Part shown: positions 9,219-19,401 of the stretch, piece after piece
How positions within the stretch are numbered: the stretch's first letter is position 1
Layout: each line of letters opens with the position of its first letter
From: Hyphomicrobiales bacterium
GTDB taxonomy: Bacteria; Pseudomonadota; Alphaproteobacteria; Rhizobiales; Beijerinckiaceae
Length of the DNA stretch: 64,000 nt
Assembly (NCBI GenBank): GCA_046092445.1
Contig: JBJTDR010000101.1
Location: 1,726 to 65,725, forward strand
Reading direction: 5' to 3'
Translations under genes and position numbers: made by a program
The notes under the pieces: model-generated
What the model was told of the DNA's origin: nothing
Seen by the model: only the letters and a program-made list of their open reading frames with translations
The model's database searches: none

Positions 9219-10610
9219 TCAGTCCCGACGTGTCGTTGGCAGCAATGCGTCCGACCCGTTCAGTACCCGCTCTAACGCGTGATGCAACGGCAGCGGGTCG
9301 GTCACCTTTCTGCCGCGGCAGAGTACGATCCGGTCGGCTTGATCCCGACACAGGAGCGTATTCACGCTGCGGGCGGAAAAGATCACCAGATTCGCCGGAA
9401 GCCCGACGCCGATGCGCCCGAGATCCGGCCGCCCGATCAGATCAGCCGGCACGCGGGAGGCCATTGCGAGGCTTCCGGTCAACGGCTCGTCAGCCTGAAA
9501 GATGCGGATCGCCTGCTTCAACGTATCCAGCATGTCATGGTCGCCATAGGCGTACCAGGCATCGCGGCAGTTGTCACCGCCGATCGCAAGCGGCAGGCCC
9601 GCCGCACGGATCTCGTTCGCCGCAGTCACCCCCCGCCAGCGCGGCGTTCGGCCCGCTTTGCGATCCATCAGATACATCATCGGTGTCGGCATGGACACAA
9701 AGGCGAGGTCCGCCTCCTTGGCAAGGCTGAGTGTATTCTCGATCACCTCTGGCGGCTGAAGCGCGAGATTGACGCAATGGCCGAGCACAACCCGCCCTTG
9801 AAAGCCGCTGCGCAGGCGCGACCGGGCGATCTCCGGAATGGTGAACACCGAAACATCCTCGGTCTGGTCGACATGCAGGTCCACGTCGAGGCTGCGCTCC
9901 TTGGCCAGAGCAAAGAGGCGATCAAGTGCTTCCCCCAACGTGTCATAAGTGCCATTCTCGCCGCGCTCCAGCGTGTCGGTGACCCCGCCAAGGATGCCGC
10001 CCATCGATGCCGCCAGATCTGCAAGATCACGGGCCTCGTCGCCGGTCCAGGCCTCCATCGCGGCGATCGTGACGCCTTGAAGGTCGACGCGGCCCGCCCA
10101 TTTGCCGCGTAACCGATCGAAAACGCGATATCCGCGCCGGGAAAGAGCCAGGGTCTCGCTGTCCACATGCGTCCGGATAGCGGACACGCCATGGACATGG
10201 GCGCATTGGAGGCCGAATTCCATGCGGAGGGTCATGTCTTCGTCTGTCCAACGGTCCCAGTCCATGGCGGTCAGGGAGAATCCGCCATGGATCGTCCCGT
10301 CCGGTCGCACACGGGGGATTGCCTGTCCGCAATCCAGATGCGTGTGCATGTCGATAAAGGCAGGCCAGACATGTCGGCCATCTAGGCATACGGGAGCTCC
10401 GTTCTCCGGCCCCGAGCCCGCTGGAAAAAGCGCCGCAATCATGCCCTGATCAACCAGCACATCTAGCTGCAACGCACCTTCAGCGTCTGAAACGGCGGCT
10501 GGAGGCGGATCGAGAACAAGTTCCGCAGGTATCCTCGCGTTCGACAACATCAGCCTGCTGTCCGGCGGTATCATCAGCGCCGGTTCAATCTGCGTCCACC
10601 ACCTTTTCAT
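9219..10610 (-). CDS. amidohydrolase of the cytosine deaminase / creatinine deaminase-like group
   Basis: AFIDMHTHLD metal-binding HxH motif and CodA-like length and layout. It is the last gene of the operon. The start is ambiguous (ATG at 10610 or 10574). Confidence 0.7.
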   Translation of the reverse strand: MKRWWTQIEPALMIPPDSRLMLSNARIPAELVLDPPPAAVSDAEGALQLDVLVDQGMIAALFPAGSGPENGAPVCLDGRHVWPAFIDMHTHLDCGQAIPRVRPDGTIHGGFSLTAMDWDRWTDEDMTLRMEFGLQCAHVHGVSAIRTHVDSETLALSRRGYRVFDRLRGKWAGRVDLQGVTIAAMEAWTGDEARDLADLAASMGGILGGVTDTLERGENGTYDTLGEALDRLFALAKERSLDVDLHVDQTEDVSVFTIPEIARSRLRSGFQGRVVLGHCVNLALQPPEVIENTLSLAKEADLAFVSMPTPMMYLMDRKAGRTPRWRGVTAANEIRAAGLPLAIGGDNCRDAWYAYGDHDMLDTLKQAIRIFQADEPLTGSLAMASRVPADLIGRPDLGRIGVGLPANLVIFSARSVNTLLCRDQADRIVLCRGRKVTDPLPLHHALERVLNGSDALLPTTRRD

Positions 10611-10641
10611 CGCGGTTCGCACCGGGGTTCGGAGCGGTCGG

Positions 10642-11691
10642 TCAGAAACCTGCCTTGATTTTTTCGAACTCTGCGACCTGACGGTCCCTGAGCGCGAGAT
10701 CAAAGGGCAATTGCGCAAGCGTCGGTCCGTTGATCGGGCTCAGTCCGCTATCATCGAGAAGTTTCGCATCCAGCTTTTTCATGCCTTCCGAATTGGCATG
10801 CCCGTACCCGATCGCGTTGACCAAAGCCGGTGCGCCATCAGGGCGAATCCACGAATTCACGTAATCGTAAGCCTTGTCCTCCTTGCCTTTGCCATTTTTC
10901 AGATTGACCAGACCGCAAAACCAGGTGGTCACCCCTTCCTTGGGCGTGCGCTGATACCCGACCGGGAAATTCTCTTTCCGCAGAAGAGACACGCCGTCAG
11001 GCCATGACCACGCCACCAGCACCTCGCCGGATTTCATGAGCTGCACCAATTCGGATCCCGAATTCACATAGGCACGAACCCCGGGATGGATCTTTCGCAA
11101 CCAGTCCTTGGCCGCGTTGAACTGTTGGTCAGTCACTTTGGTCCAGTCGGTGACGCCCGTCGCAAGATAGGCCAGCGCCCAGACATCATCCGCGGCATTG
11201 GGTAACGTGATGCGGTTGGCATATTTCGGATCGGTGAACACCTGCAGTGTCGCAACATCCGATGTAGGAACCTTTTCAGTATTATAGGCAATCGCCGTTA
11301 CGCCCCAATCCGCCGGGATGATCCAGACACCCTTATCATCCTGAACCACGCTGGATTTCAGAAACTCGGGCATGATATTCTTGAATTCGGGAATTTTCGA
11401 GACGTCCCATGGTTCGATCAAGTTCGCTTCGCGGTATTTCGGAACCATTTGTGCGCAAGGATGCGAAACATCCGCCGCAAAGCCCGTCATTGCCTTTTGA
11501 AATGTATCATCGTCCGAATTGACAAAGGCATAGGTCGGCCTGACACCCCACTTTTCCTTGTAGGCTGCGTATAAACCTTCAACGTCGAACCCCGGCCAAT
11601 CCGTCACGACAAGCTCCGGATCGTCGGCATGGGCTGGAATTAGAAACGCCAGAAAAAATGCACCACACAGAAATTGACGTGCCTTTTTCAT
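10642..11691 (-). CDS. ABC transporter periplasmic substrate-binding protein, PotD/PotF-like
   Basis: Signal peptide MKKARQFLCGAFFLAFLIPAHA, about 350 aa, polyamine-type binding-protein look. It is adjacent to PotABC-like genes. Confidence 0.8.
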   Translation of the reverse strand: MKKARQFLCGAFFLAFLIPAHADDPELVVTDWPGFDVEGLYAAYKEKWGVRPTYAFVNSDDDTFQKAMTGFAADVSHPCAQMVPKYREANLIEPWDVSKIPEFKNIMPEFLKSSVVQDDKGVWIIPADWGVTAIAYNTEKVPTSDVATLQVFTDPKYANRITLPNAADDVWALAYLATGVTDWTKVTDQQFNAAKDWLRKIHPGVRAYVNSGSELVQLMKSGEVLVAWSWPDGVSLLRKENFPVGYQRTPKEGVTTWFCGLVNLKNGKGKEDKAYDYVNSWIRPDGAPALVNAIGYGHANSEGMKKLDAKLLDDSGLSPINGPTLAQLPFDLALRDRQVAEFEKIKAGF

Positions 11692-11891
11692 CTCGTGTCC
11701 CTCCGATCATTGCGATAAAACGCGGATCAGGTTAACGGCCTGCACGTCTGTCGCACGCAAAAAAATCGAACCTCGCAACATGGTTTTTCTTTTGCAGGAT
11801 CAGCGCCGTGCCGAGCACTGCGAAAGCCGGAACGGTGCCATCCGGCAGGCTGGTTTGCCCCAGCGGCCAACGGCCGCCTTGCACCGTAGGC

Positions 11892-12989
11892 CTAACGAAA
11901 CAAGACCATCGCGTCCGCGCTCCACGCCACTCTCGCTTTCGCACCGATGCCGAGAACAGGTCGGCCAAACTCGTTGCGCATGGAGAGCCGAACGGGTCGG
12001 TCCGAACCATCCAGCTTGATTTCATAATGGGTGAGGTCACCCAAATAGGTCACATTGCCGATTGTCGCCATGCTCTCCCGATCAGGCGTTGTTTGGCCGT
12101 CAAACAAGATCGTCAGCGCCTCCGGCCGGAAGCCTAAACTGGCCTCGCCTTCGGATGGAATACCCGCAATCTGGTCCGCTCTGAGTGTGAACCGTCCAAG
12201 GCCTTCAGCACTTACTTGCGCAACATGATCCGATTCAATCGTGATCGTTGCGGGCAGAAAACTCATTGTGCCGATAAAGTCCGCAACACGACGGCAGTTT
12301 GGTCGGCGATAGAGCGCCTGCGGATCGGCCAGTTGCGTGATCTCTCCTTCGAACATGACGGCGATCCGGTCCGACATCACCAGCGCCTCTTCTTGATCAT
12401 GTGTCACTAAAACAAACGTGATCCCCACCTGCCGCTGGAGCCTGATCAGTTCGAACTGCATCTGCTCGCGTAGCTTCCTGTCTAAAGCCGATAGGGGCTC
12501 ATCCAGGAGCAACACCTTGGGCTTCAGGATCAGGGCCCGGGCCAGCGCAACCCGTTGCCGTTGCCCACCGGACAAAGCATGCGAGGCACGCGCGCCGAAC
12601 CCCGCCAAACCCACCATATCGAGCGCCTCAGCGATCGCACGCGCCTTCTCGGTCGGTGATCTCGGGTCACGGCGTAGTCCGAAGCCGACATTCTGCTCGA
12701 CTGTCAAATGGGGAAAAATCGCATAATTCTGAAATACCATATTGGTCGGCCGCAAATTTGCGGGAACTGCCACCATGTTCCCGCCATCGATCAGAACTGA
12801 GCCCGATGATATCTCTTCAAATCCGGCAATCGTGCGAAGCAGCGTGGTCTTTCCGCAACCGGACGGTCCCAGCAGCGAAAAGAATTCGCCTGCTTTGATC
12901 GAGGCTGTAATGCCGCGGAGCGCATGATACGTGCCATAGTGCTTGTGGACATCTCGAAGCTCGATCATTGCGGATTTCTCTGAAGTCAC
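11892..12989 (-). CDS. ABC transporter ATP-binding protein, PotA-like
   Basis: Walker A GPSGCGKTT, signature LSGGQRQR, Walker B LLLDEPLSALD, plus a C-terminal TOBE-like extension. The GTG start overlaps the upstream stop (GTGA). Confidence 0.9.
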   Translation of the reverse strand: MTSEKSAMIELRDVHKHYGTYHALRGITASIKAGEFFSLLGPSGCGKTTLLRTIAGFEEISSGSVLIDGGNMVAVPANLRPTNMVFQNYAIFPHLTVEQNVGFGLRRDPRSPTEKARAIAEALDMVGLAGFGARASHALSGGQRQRVALARALILKPKVLLLDEPLSALDRKLREQMQFELIRLQRQVGITFVLVTHDQEEALVMSDRIAVMFEGEITQLADPQALYRRPNCRRVADFIGTMSFLPATITIESDHVAQVSAEGLGRFTLRADQIAGIPSEGEASLGFRPEALTILFDGQTTPDRESMATIGNVTYLGDLTHYEIKLDGSDRPVRLSMRNEFGRPVLGIGAKARVAWSADAMVLFR

Positions 12990-13795
12990 GAGATGCCTCC
13001 AGAAAGAGTGCTTCCGACCCGCGCGAGCCCGCGGCGCCGGAAATATTCCGCCAACCCGAGCAGGATGATCGAGACGAGCACCAGGATTGATCCGAGCGCC
13101 AGCATTGACGGCACCCGCGCCGGAAAGCGGAACTGACCGTAAATATAGGCGGCAAGCGGCGTATTCGTACCGCCGAGGAAGAAAGCGATGACGAATTCGT
13201 CAAGCGAAATCGTGAAACACATCAGGAGCGACGAGATGATGCCGGGTGTAACCAGCGGCAGAATGACAAGGCGGAACGCCGAAGCCGGCGTCTCGCCGAG
13301 ATCGTAAGCCGCTTCTTCCAGCGATCGGTCCAGCGCGTGGAATGCAGTTGACATGATCGCTACCGCAAAGGGAATACAAATCAGGACGTGGCCAAGAATG
13401 ATCGTCCACAGCGAGAGCGGAATACCGATTGCGAGCAACACGACCAAAATCGACATCGCAATGATCATATTGGGCAAAACCATCGGCAGCATGATCATGC
13501 CCATAATCCCGCCCTTGAGCGGAAACGCGTATCGGGTGCTGGCACGCGCAGCGAGAATGCCGAAGCAGGTGGAAATCACAGCCGTTGAGCCCGAGACGAT
13601 CAATGAATTCTGCAAGGCGCGTAACAGTTGCGTGTCATTCCACATCGCCGAAAACCATTTGGACGAGAAGCCCGAGAGCGGGAACGCGATCACGCTTGAC
13701 TCGTTGAACGCAAACAAGGGGAGTAATGCAATGGGAGCATAAAGGAAGATCAGATAGATGATCGTATAGGCGCGAAGGCTGTTTGCTCGGGTCAT
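12986..13795 (-). CDS. ABC transporter permease, PotC-like
   Basis: ORF 12986..14071 trimmed to the ATG at 13795 (MTRANSLRAY...), which overlaps the upstream stop as ATGA. Multi-pass membrane protein with an EAA-like loop (SLEEAAYDLG). Confidence 0.85.
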   Translation of the reverse strand: MTRANSLRAYTIIYLIFLYAPIALLPLFAFNESSVIAFPLSGFSSKWFSAMWNDTQLLRALQNSLIVSGSTAVISTCFGILAARASTRYAFPLKGGIMGMIMLPMVLPNMIIAMSILVVLLAIGIPLSLWTIILGHVLICIPFAVAIMSTAFHALDRSLEEAAYDLGETPASAFRLVILPLVTPGIISSLLMCFTISLDEFVIAFFLGGTNTPLAAYIYGQFRFPARVPSMLALGSILVLVSIILLGLAEYFRRRGLARVGSTLSGGIS

Positions 13796-14655
13796 GGCAC
13801 CCGCCTCAGAAAACGCCGGTTCAAAAACAAAAACAAGAGGCCGGCAAGCGAGACGACGGCCATGGCGACCACCGCCATTGCCGAACCCGAGGCTCTGTTG
13901 TTGAGCTTTAATAATTGCACTTCCACCAGATTGGCGATCATCGGGGATTTGCCGCTGCCGATCAGGTCGGGCGTCACATAATCGCCAACAGTCGGAATGA
14001 ACACAATCAGAACTGCAGCAGCGACGCCCGGCATGGAAAGCGGCAGAGTGACACGCCGGAACGTGCCCCAATAGGTCTCGCCGAGATCCTGCCCGGCTTC
14101 CAGCAGCGAACGGTCAATTCTTTCCAGAGCGACAAAAATCGGCAGAATGGCGAAGGGTGCATAGGCATGTGCCAGGGTGACAATCATCGCCGCCGTCGCA
14201 TTGGTCATGAACGACATCGGGCCTGATGTCACCCCGATCGTGTCCAATGTCGAGGAGATGATACCGCCATAACCGAGGATCACCTTCCACAAAAAGACCC
14301 TGATGATATAGCTCGTCCAGAACGGAATTGTGATCAGGAACAGCCAGAGGGATTTCTTCGGTTCACGCACATAGAAACTGACGAAATAGGCGATAGGATA
14401 GGCCACAATGACGGTTGCGATAGTTACCGTGATTGACACGATCAAGGTCCGTAACATGATCGCGCGATAAATCGGGTCCGTCAAAGTATCGGCGTAGTTT
14501 CTGAAGGTAAAACCAGCTTCGAACCCCCTCGGTCCGCCGGAAGCGAGCGAGTGCAGGAAGAGGGCTGCCATGGGTGCAGCCAGCAGAAGCAATGCGAACA
14601 CGGCCGTCGGGCTGATCAGGAGAAGTCCACCTCGTGCCTCTGAATGCCTGCTCAC
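13792..14655 (-). CDS. ABC transporter permease, PotB-like
   Basis: Multi-pass membrane protein with an EAA-like loop (LLEAGQDLG). The GTG start overlaps the DMGDH-like stop (GTGA). Confidence 0.85.
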   Translation of the reverse strand: MSRHSEARGGLLLISPTAVFALLLLAAPMAALFLHSLASGGPRGFEAGFTFRNYADTLTDPIYRAIMLRTLIVSITVTIATVIVAYPIAYFVSFYVREPKKSLWLFLITIPFWTSYIIRVFLWKVILGYGGIISSTLDTIGVTSGPMSFMTNATAAMIVTLAHAYAPFAILPIFVALERIDRSLLEAGQDLGETYWGTFRRVTLPLSMPGVAAAVLIVFIPTVGDYVTPDLIGSGKSPMIANLVEVQLLKLNNRASGSAMAVVAMAVVSLAGLLFLFLNRRFLRRVP

Positions 14656-17069
14656 CCCCGCAACCTCGCACCGGCTGGATCAAACGGCGGCTCGACCAGA
14701 ATTTTAGCCTGATGCGGGCGACCCAGAATGGCGACGTGAACCATTGTCCCCGGCTGCGCATGCTCCGCTTTCACATAAGCTATGGCGAGAGACTTTTGCA
14801 CAAAATAGCCATAGGTTCCTGAACTTACTTGGCCTGCCGGCGTTCCGTCAGGCAGGAATACAGGTTCTCCCCCCGTCGCATCGGCCTCCTCCGCGTCAAT
14901 TTCCAGCATCACCATCACATCACGGGGTGGCTTTGTCGCGATATTCTGCCACGCCTCCTTGTTGAGAAAGTCCTTGTCCGACTTAACCAGCTTGTCGAGC
15001 CCGCATTCCTGCGGCCAATATTCGGGACTATAATCACGGCCCCAGCTGCCATAGCCCTTTTCAACCCGCAGACTCATCAAGGCACGCGAGCCGACAGGTC
15101 CGGCCCCAAGCGGCTGGCCTGCCGCGAGCAGGGCCTCATAAAGCGCCACCTGATCTTTCTCGGCGCAGTGAAGCTCCCACCCGAGATCGCCCGTGAAAGA
15201 AACGCGAATGGCGACAACGGAAATCCCGGCCACGACAATGCGTTGCGAGCGCATGAAGGGAGAGGCGCCATTTGAGAGGTCGGCATTGGTTAAACGCTGC
15301 AATAATTCCCGGGACTTCGGCCCCGCAACATTGAAGCCGCAGACAGTCTCGGTAAGCGAGCGGAAAATTGTTGCTTCTGGTAATTCGACATCACGGAAGA
15401 AGCGCTGGTGAAAACGCTCGGCCATGCCTGAGCCCACAATCATGAATTCATCATCGCTCAGGCGTGTCACCGTGAAATCGCCTGCAATCCCGCCGCGCTT
15501 GCCGATCAACGGGGTGAGACAGGAGCGACCCACCTCGCGCGGCATGCGGTTGGCAAAAAGCATATTGAGCCATTTCTCGGCATCCGGACCCTTCACATCG
15601 TATTTCGCGAAATTGGAAATGTCGATAATGCCCGCATGCTCGCGCAGCATGAGTGCCTCGCGCCCGACAGGTCCCCACCAATTCTGCCGCGTGAACCCGA
15701 GTGTTTCCGCTTTCGGCTCGCCGTCCACCGAAAACCACAGCGGATGCTCCCAGCCATAATTCAACCCGAAAATCGCACCCATTCCCCTTTGCAACTCATA
15801 GACCGGGCGGGTCCGGACCGGACGGCCCGCAGCACGCTCTTCATTCGGGAAATGGATCTTGAAGCGGTTGGCATATTGGTCACGCACCCGTGCCTTGGTA
15901 AAGTCGCGCCCGGCCCAGTGACCGTACCGGGCGAGATCCCATCCGAACATATCCAGCGACGGCTCGCCGTCGATCATCCATTCGGCAGCAAGCTTCCCAA
16001 GTCCGCCCGATTGCGAAAAGCCCGGAATAATGCCGCAGCAGCAGAAATAGTTTTTGAGCTCAGGCACCGGTCCAAACAGCGCCGCACTGTCCGGCGACCA
16101 GATCATCGGCCCGTTGATTACGCGCTTGATGCCTGTCTCGCCGATCGCAGGCACCCTCGTGATCGCCCGCATCATATTGGGCTCGATCCGTTCCAGATCA
16201 TCTGGAAACAGCTCATGGCCGAAATTGGCGGGTGTACCGTCCTCCGCCCAGAACTTCATATCCTGCTCATAGGCACCAACCAGCAGGCCCTGACCTTCCT
16301 GCCGCAAATAATATTCGCCATCGCGGTCCGCAATCGACGGCAGACGCCGACCGAGCGCGGCAATCGCCGGAATCGTCTCCGTCACGAGATATTGATGCTC
16401 CGTGGGGATCAATGGCAGGGTCAGTCCGGCCATGGCAGCCACTTCGCGCGCCCAGAGACCCGCAGCATTGATCACCCATTGGGTATGAATATCGCCCCTA
16501 GCCGTGCGTACCAGCCAGCTCCCGTCCGAGCGCTGTTCGGTTGCGGTTACGGCCGTGAAACGATGGATCTCCGCGCCGCGTTGGCGGGCGCCTGCCGCGT
16601 AAGCCGCCGTGACGCCCGAAGGATCGACATTGCCGCCATCCGGCTCGTGCATGATACACCGGATACCGTCAAAATTGGCGAGGGGATGCAGCCTCTCCGC
16701 TTCCGCCCGCGTCACCTCGAAGAAATTCATGCCATAACGTTTTGCCTTCGCCGCCTGCAAACGCAATTGGTGCTCGCGCGCCTCCGTCTGGGCAAGATAA
16801 AGCGACCCCGGCTGGAACACGCCGCAGCCCTGGCCCGTCTCCGCCTCAAGCTCCTTGTAGAGCTTCATCGTATAATGCTGCAGCCGGCTGATATTGGTCG
16901 AGTCATGCAGACCATGAATATTGGCCGCCGCATGCCAGGTCGAACCACTCGTCAGCTCGTCGCGTTCCAGAAGAACAATGTCACTCCAGCCATGCTTGGC
17001 GAGGTGGTAGAGAATGGAGCACCCGATGACGCCACCACCGATAATCACGGCCTGTGCATGGGTTTTCAT
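14652..17069 (-). CDS. FAD-dependent dimethylglycine/sarcosine dehydrogenase-like oxidoreductase with a C-terminal GcvT-type folate-binding domain
   Basis: VIIGGGVIGCS FAD fold and GSTWHAA (covalent-flavin His context of DMGDH/SardH). About 805 aa with an aminomethyltransferase-like C-terminal half. The ATG at 17069 overlaps the MttB stop (TGATG). Confidence 0.85.
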   Translation of the reverse strand: MKTHAQAVIIGGGVIGCSILYHLAKHGWSDIVLLERDELTSGSTWHAAANIHGLHDSTNISRLQHYTMKLYKELEAETGQGCGVFQPGSLYLAQTEAREHQLRLQAAKAKRYGMNFFEVTRAEAERLHPLANFDGIRCIMHEPDGGNVDPSGVTAAYAAGARQRGAEIHRFTAVTATEQRSDGSWLVRTARGDIHTQWVINAAGLWAREVAAMAGLTLPLIPTEHQYLVTETIPAIAALGRRLPSIADRDGEYYLRQEGQGLLVGAYEQDMKFWAEDGTPANFGHELFPDDLERIEPNMMRAITRVPAIGETGIKRVINGPMIWSPDSAALFGPVPELKNYFCCCGIIPGFSQSGGLGKLAAEWMIDGEPSLDMFGWDLARYGHWAGRDFTKARVRDQYANRFKIHFPNEERAAGRPVRTRPVYELQRGMGAIFGLNYGWEHPLWFSVDGEPKAETLGFTRQNWWGPVGREALMLREHAGIIDISNFAKYDVKGPDAEKWLNMLFANRMPREVGRSCLTPLIGKRGGIAGDFTVTRLSDDEFMIVGSGMAERFHQRFFRDVELPEATIFRSLTETVCGFNVAGPKSRELLQRLTNADLSNGASPFMRSQRIVVAGISVVAIRVSFTGDLGWELHCAEKDQVALYEALLAAGQPLGAGPVGSRALMSLRVEKGYGSWGRDYSPEYWPQECGLDKLVKSDKDFLNKEAWQNIATKPPRDVMVMLEIDAEEADATGGEPVFLPDGTPAGQVSSGTYGYFVQKSLAIAYVKAEHAQPGTMVHVAILGRPHQAKILVEPPFDPAGARLRG

Positions 17070-18607
17070 CAAGGTTCTCCGGGTCCGATTTCTTCACGGC
17101 GGCGGGCGACATAGGCGTCGAGTTCCTCGCGAATTGCACGCTCAAGTGCCGGTTCTTCATAGTCTCTCAGCGCTTGCTGCCAGAGCGATGTGGCGCGTGC
17201 CAGCGCATCGCGCGACCCCGCAGCCTGCCATGCACCATGGTTCTGCCAGTCCGAAAGCAGGGGCCGGTAAAAGGCCGTCTCGTACCGCGACATCGTATGC
17301 TCCGACCCGAAGAAATGTCCTCCGGCAGGTACGGATTTCATGGCGTCGAACCCCAGATCATCTTCGGAAAAGGGCAGGGGCTTGAGAAATTCCATCATGT
17401 TCTGCAGAATTTCCACATCGAGGATGAGCTTCTCGTACGAAGCGGTCAGTCCACCCTCGAGCCACCCCGCGGCATGGTAAATCATATTGGCACCGCCGAG
17501 CACGGCACCCCATGTCGCCATGCCGGTTTCATAAGTGGCTTGCAGATCGACAGCGTTGGACGCGTTCGAGTTCGAGCTTCGGTAGGGCAGGCCATAGCGG
17601 CGCGCCAATTGTCCGCCGATCACATTCGCCTTTGTGTTTTCAGGCGTCCCGAAGGCCGGCGCGCCGGAGCGCATATCGACATTCGAGGTAAAGCCGCCAT
17701 ACATCACGGGCGCACCCGGATTGATCAGCTGTGTCATCGCCACACCGAACAGTGCCTCGGCATTCTGCTGTGCCAATGCAGCCGCAAGCGTCACGGGCGT
17801 CATGGCGCCCATCAGCGTGAACGGCGTGATTGTCACCGGTTGCCCGTGTTCCACCATCGCCGCCAGCCCGTCCGTCATCGCATCATCCAGTAATCGCGGC
17901 GAATTGACGGAGATGATGGTAATCACCCCCGGCGCAGCGCGCATCTCCTCCAGACTGGCCCCGCGTGAAATCGCCATCATCTTGATGCCGTCAAGCGCCC
18001 GCCCGCGGCCGATAGCGGTGCAGTGGAAACAGCGATCACTGAGCGTGAGGTTCGCCCGATAGGTATCGAGATGACGGGAATTCGCCGGAAGCTCCATCGG
18101 CGCCACCACCTGATTGCCGATCAGATGAATGGCATTGAAGTGCTGTGCGAGGCGGATGAAATTCTGATAGTCGCCAAGGTTTCCCGCCCGTCTTCCGTTG
18201 ATGCAATCATGGACATTGGGCGGCCCTGCAACGAGGCCGAAGGTCAGGCTGTTGCCGCCAACGCTGAGCATGCGCTGCGGGTTGCGGCTGCTCAGCGTGA
18301 AGGAACGCGGCGCCGACTTGATGGCCGCCATAATCAGGCTCTCATCGGCACGGATGATCCGTTCCGTGCGATCGACAATGGCGCCCGCGCACTCGAACAG
18401 ATCCATCGCCTTCTCGCTCATCACCTTGACGCCGAGTTCGGAGAGAATCCGCATCGAGGTCGAATGCAGCATGTCAAGCTGCTCGTCATTCAAAATCTCG
18501 AAAGGGTTGTAGTCGTTCGTGACATCGCCCCACGGGAGTTGCGGAATCCCCCCGCCTGATCTTCCCGCGCGGGCTCTCCGCCCGCCGCCGCGTCCATCGT
18601 TTGTCAT
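17069..18607 (-). CDS. MttB-superfamily (trimethylamine methyltransferase family) protein, non-pyrrolysine type
   Basis: 512-aa uninterrupted ORF with the typical family length and sequence character (e.g. TPFTLMGAMTPVT, GANMIYHAAGWLEGGL). There is no in-frame TAG. ATGA overlap with the creatininase stop. Confidence 0.8.
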   Translation of the reverse strand: MTNDGRGGGRRARAGRSGGGIPQLPWGDVTNDYNPFEILNDEQLDMLHSTSMRILSELGVKVMSEKAMDLFECAGAIVDRTERIIRADESLIMAAIKSAPRSFTLSSRNPQRMLSVGGNSLTFGLVAGPPNVHDCINGRRAGNLGDYQNFIRLAQHFNAIHLIGNQVVAPMELPANSRHLDTYRANLTLSDRCFHCTAIGRGRALDGIKMMAISRGASLEEMRAAPGVITIISVNSPRLLDDAMTDGLAAMVEHGQPVTITPFTLMGAMTPVTLAAALAQQNAEALFGVAMTQLINPGAPVMYGGFTSNVDMRSGAPAFGTPENTKANVIGGQLARRYGLPYRSSNSNASNAVDLQATYETGMATWGAVLGGANMIYHAAGWLEGGLTASYEKLILDVEILQNMMEFLKPLPFSEDDLGFDAMKSVPAGGHFFGSEHTMSRYETAFYRPLLSDWQNHGAWQAAGSRDALARATSLWQQALRDYEEPALERAIREELDAYVARRREEIGPGEP

Positions 18608-19401
18608 CTGTCTCGCAGCCTCTCCATATCGAATGCGTGCACATCGCGGAGCACGTCGATGAAACCTTTCGCCTGATGGTCAATGATTTTCCGGCCCTTG
18701 TCCGGTGTTGCTGCCGCGGCATTACCAACCGCACCCGCAGGGTTGAGATCGCCGATCTTCCAGCCGAATTGCACCGGCCCGTGCCCGCGCAGCTTGGAAA
18801 AATCTTTATCGAAGGCGTGCTGTTCCGAACAAAAATCACGCGCATGTTCCATTCTGACAAGCTCAGGGCGCAGCGCCAGCATGATGGATGTTTCCTCGTC
18901 TCCGCCGTGAATGCCGCAAGCTGTTTCAGTGTCGCTCAGCACGGCATCCGGCACACCCATACGTGCCCAACTCGTCGCGACCACCAACATCGCGTGGAGG
19001 ATACGAAGTTCACGCGCCACAATGTCCATGATTTGCACATTGCCGCCATGCGATGTGACAATAACGAGTTTGCGGATGCCTGTGCGGGCCACACTTTTCC
19101 CGACATCAAGCCAGCACGTCGTTGCGTTCTCCCACGAGAGTGTGAGTGTCCCCGGATGATCAATATGCTCGTTTGATTTTCCGATTGCTTGCACGGGTAA
19201 AAACACAGCGGGTATATTCGGTGGCAGCAACGCTGCGACACGGTCCACAAGCCCTCTTGCGATGGCCGCGTCGGTCGAGAGCGGCAAATGCGGACCATGC
19301 TGTTCAATAGCCGCGATCGGCAATACAGCGATCCATTGTGCCACGTCAGTTGCATCAAAATCTGTGGTGGTCATGTCTTCCCAGAACACACGGCGGGTCA
19401 T
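18604..19401 (-). CDS. creatininase-family amidohydrolase
   Basis: Metal-ligand motifs AAIEQHGPHLPLSTD, TSHGGN and HGGDEETS are characteristic of the creatinine amidohydrolase family. Confidence 0.85.
   Translation of the reverse strand: MTRRVFWEDMTTTDFDATDVAQWIAVLPIAAIEQHGPHLPLSTDAAIARGLVDRVAALLPPNIPAVFLPVQAIGKSNEHIDHPGTLTLSWENATTCWLDVGKSVARTGIRKLVIVTSHGGNVQIMDIVARELRILHAMLVVATSWARMGVPDAVLSDTETACGIHGGDEETSIMLALRPELVRMEHARDFCSEQHAFDKDFSKLRGHGPVQFGWKIGDLNPAGAVGNAAAATPDKGRKIIDHQAKGFIDVLRDVHAFDMERLRDR

Noticed and set aside
8957-9730. Long ORFs on the opposite strand or in alternative frames of GC-rich genes. Examples: 8957..9730, 9279..10112, 15636..17114, 17054..17893, 24839..25726, 25745..26467, 52991..53963, 54423..55346, 56337..57059, 59474..60283, 60914..61975.
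   Set aside because: Their translations are Arg/Pro/Gly/Ala-rich and low in complexity, with no family resemblance. Each is fully shadowed by a gene that has clear family motifs. This is typical of stop-codon-poor antisense frames in GC-rich DNA.
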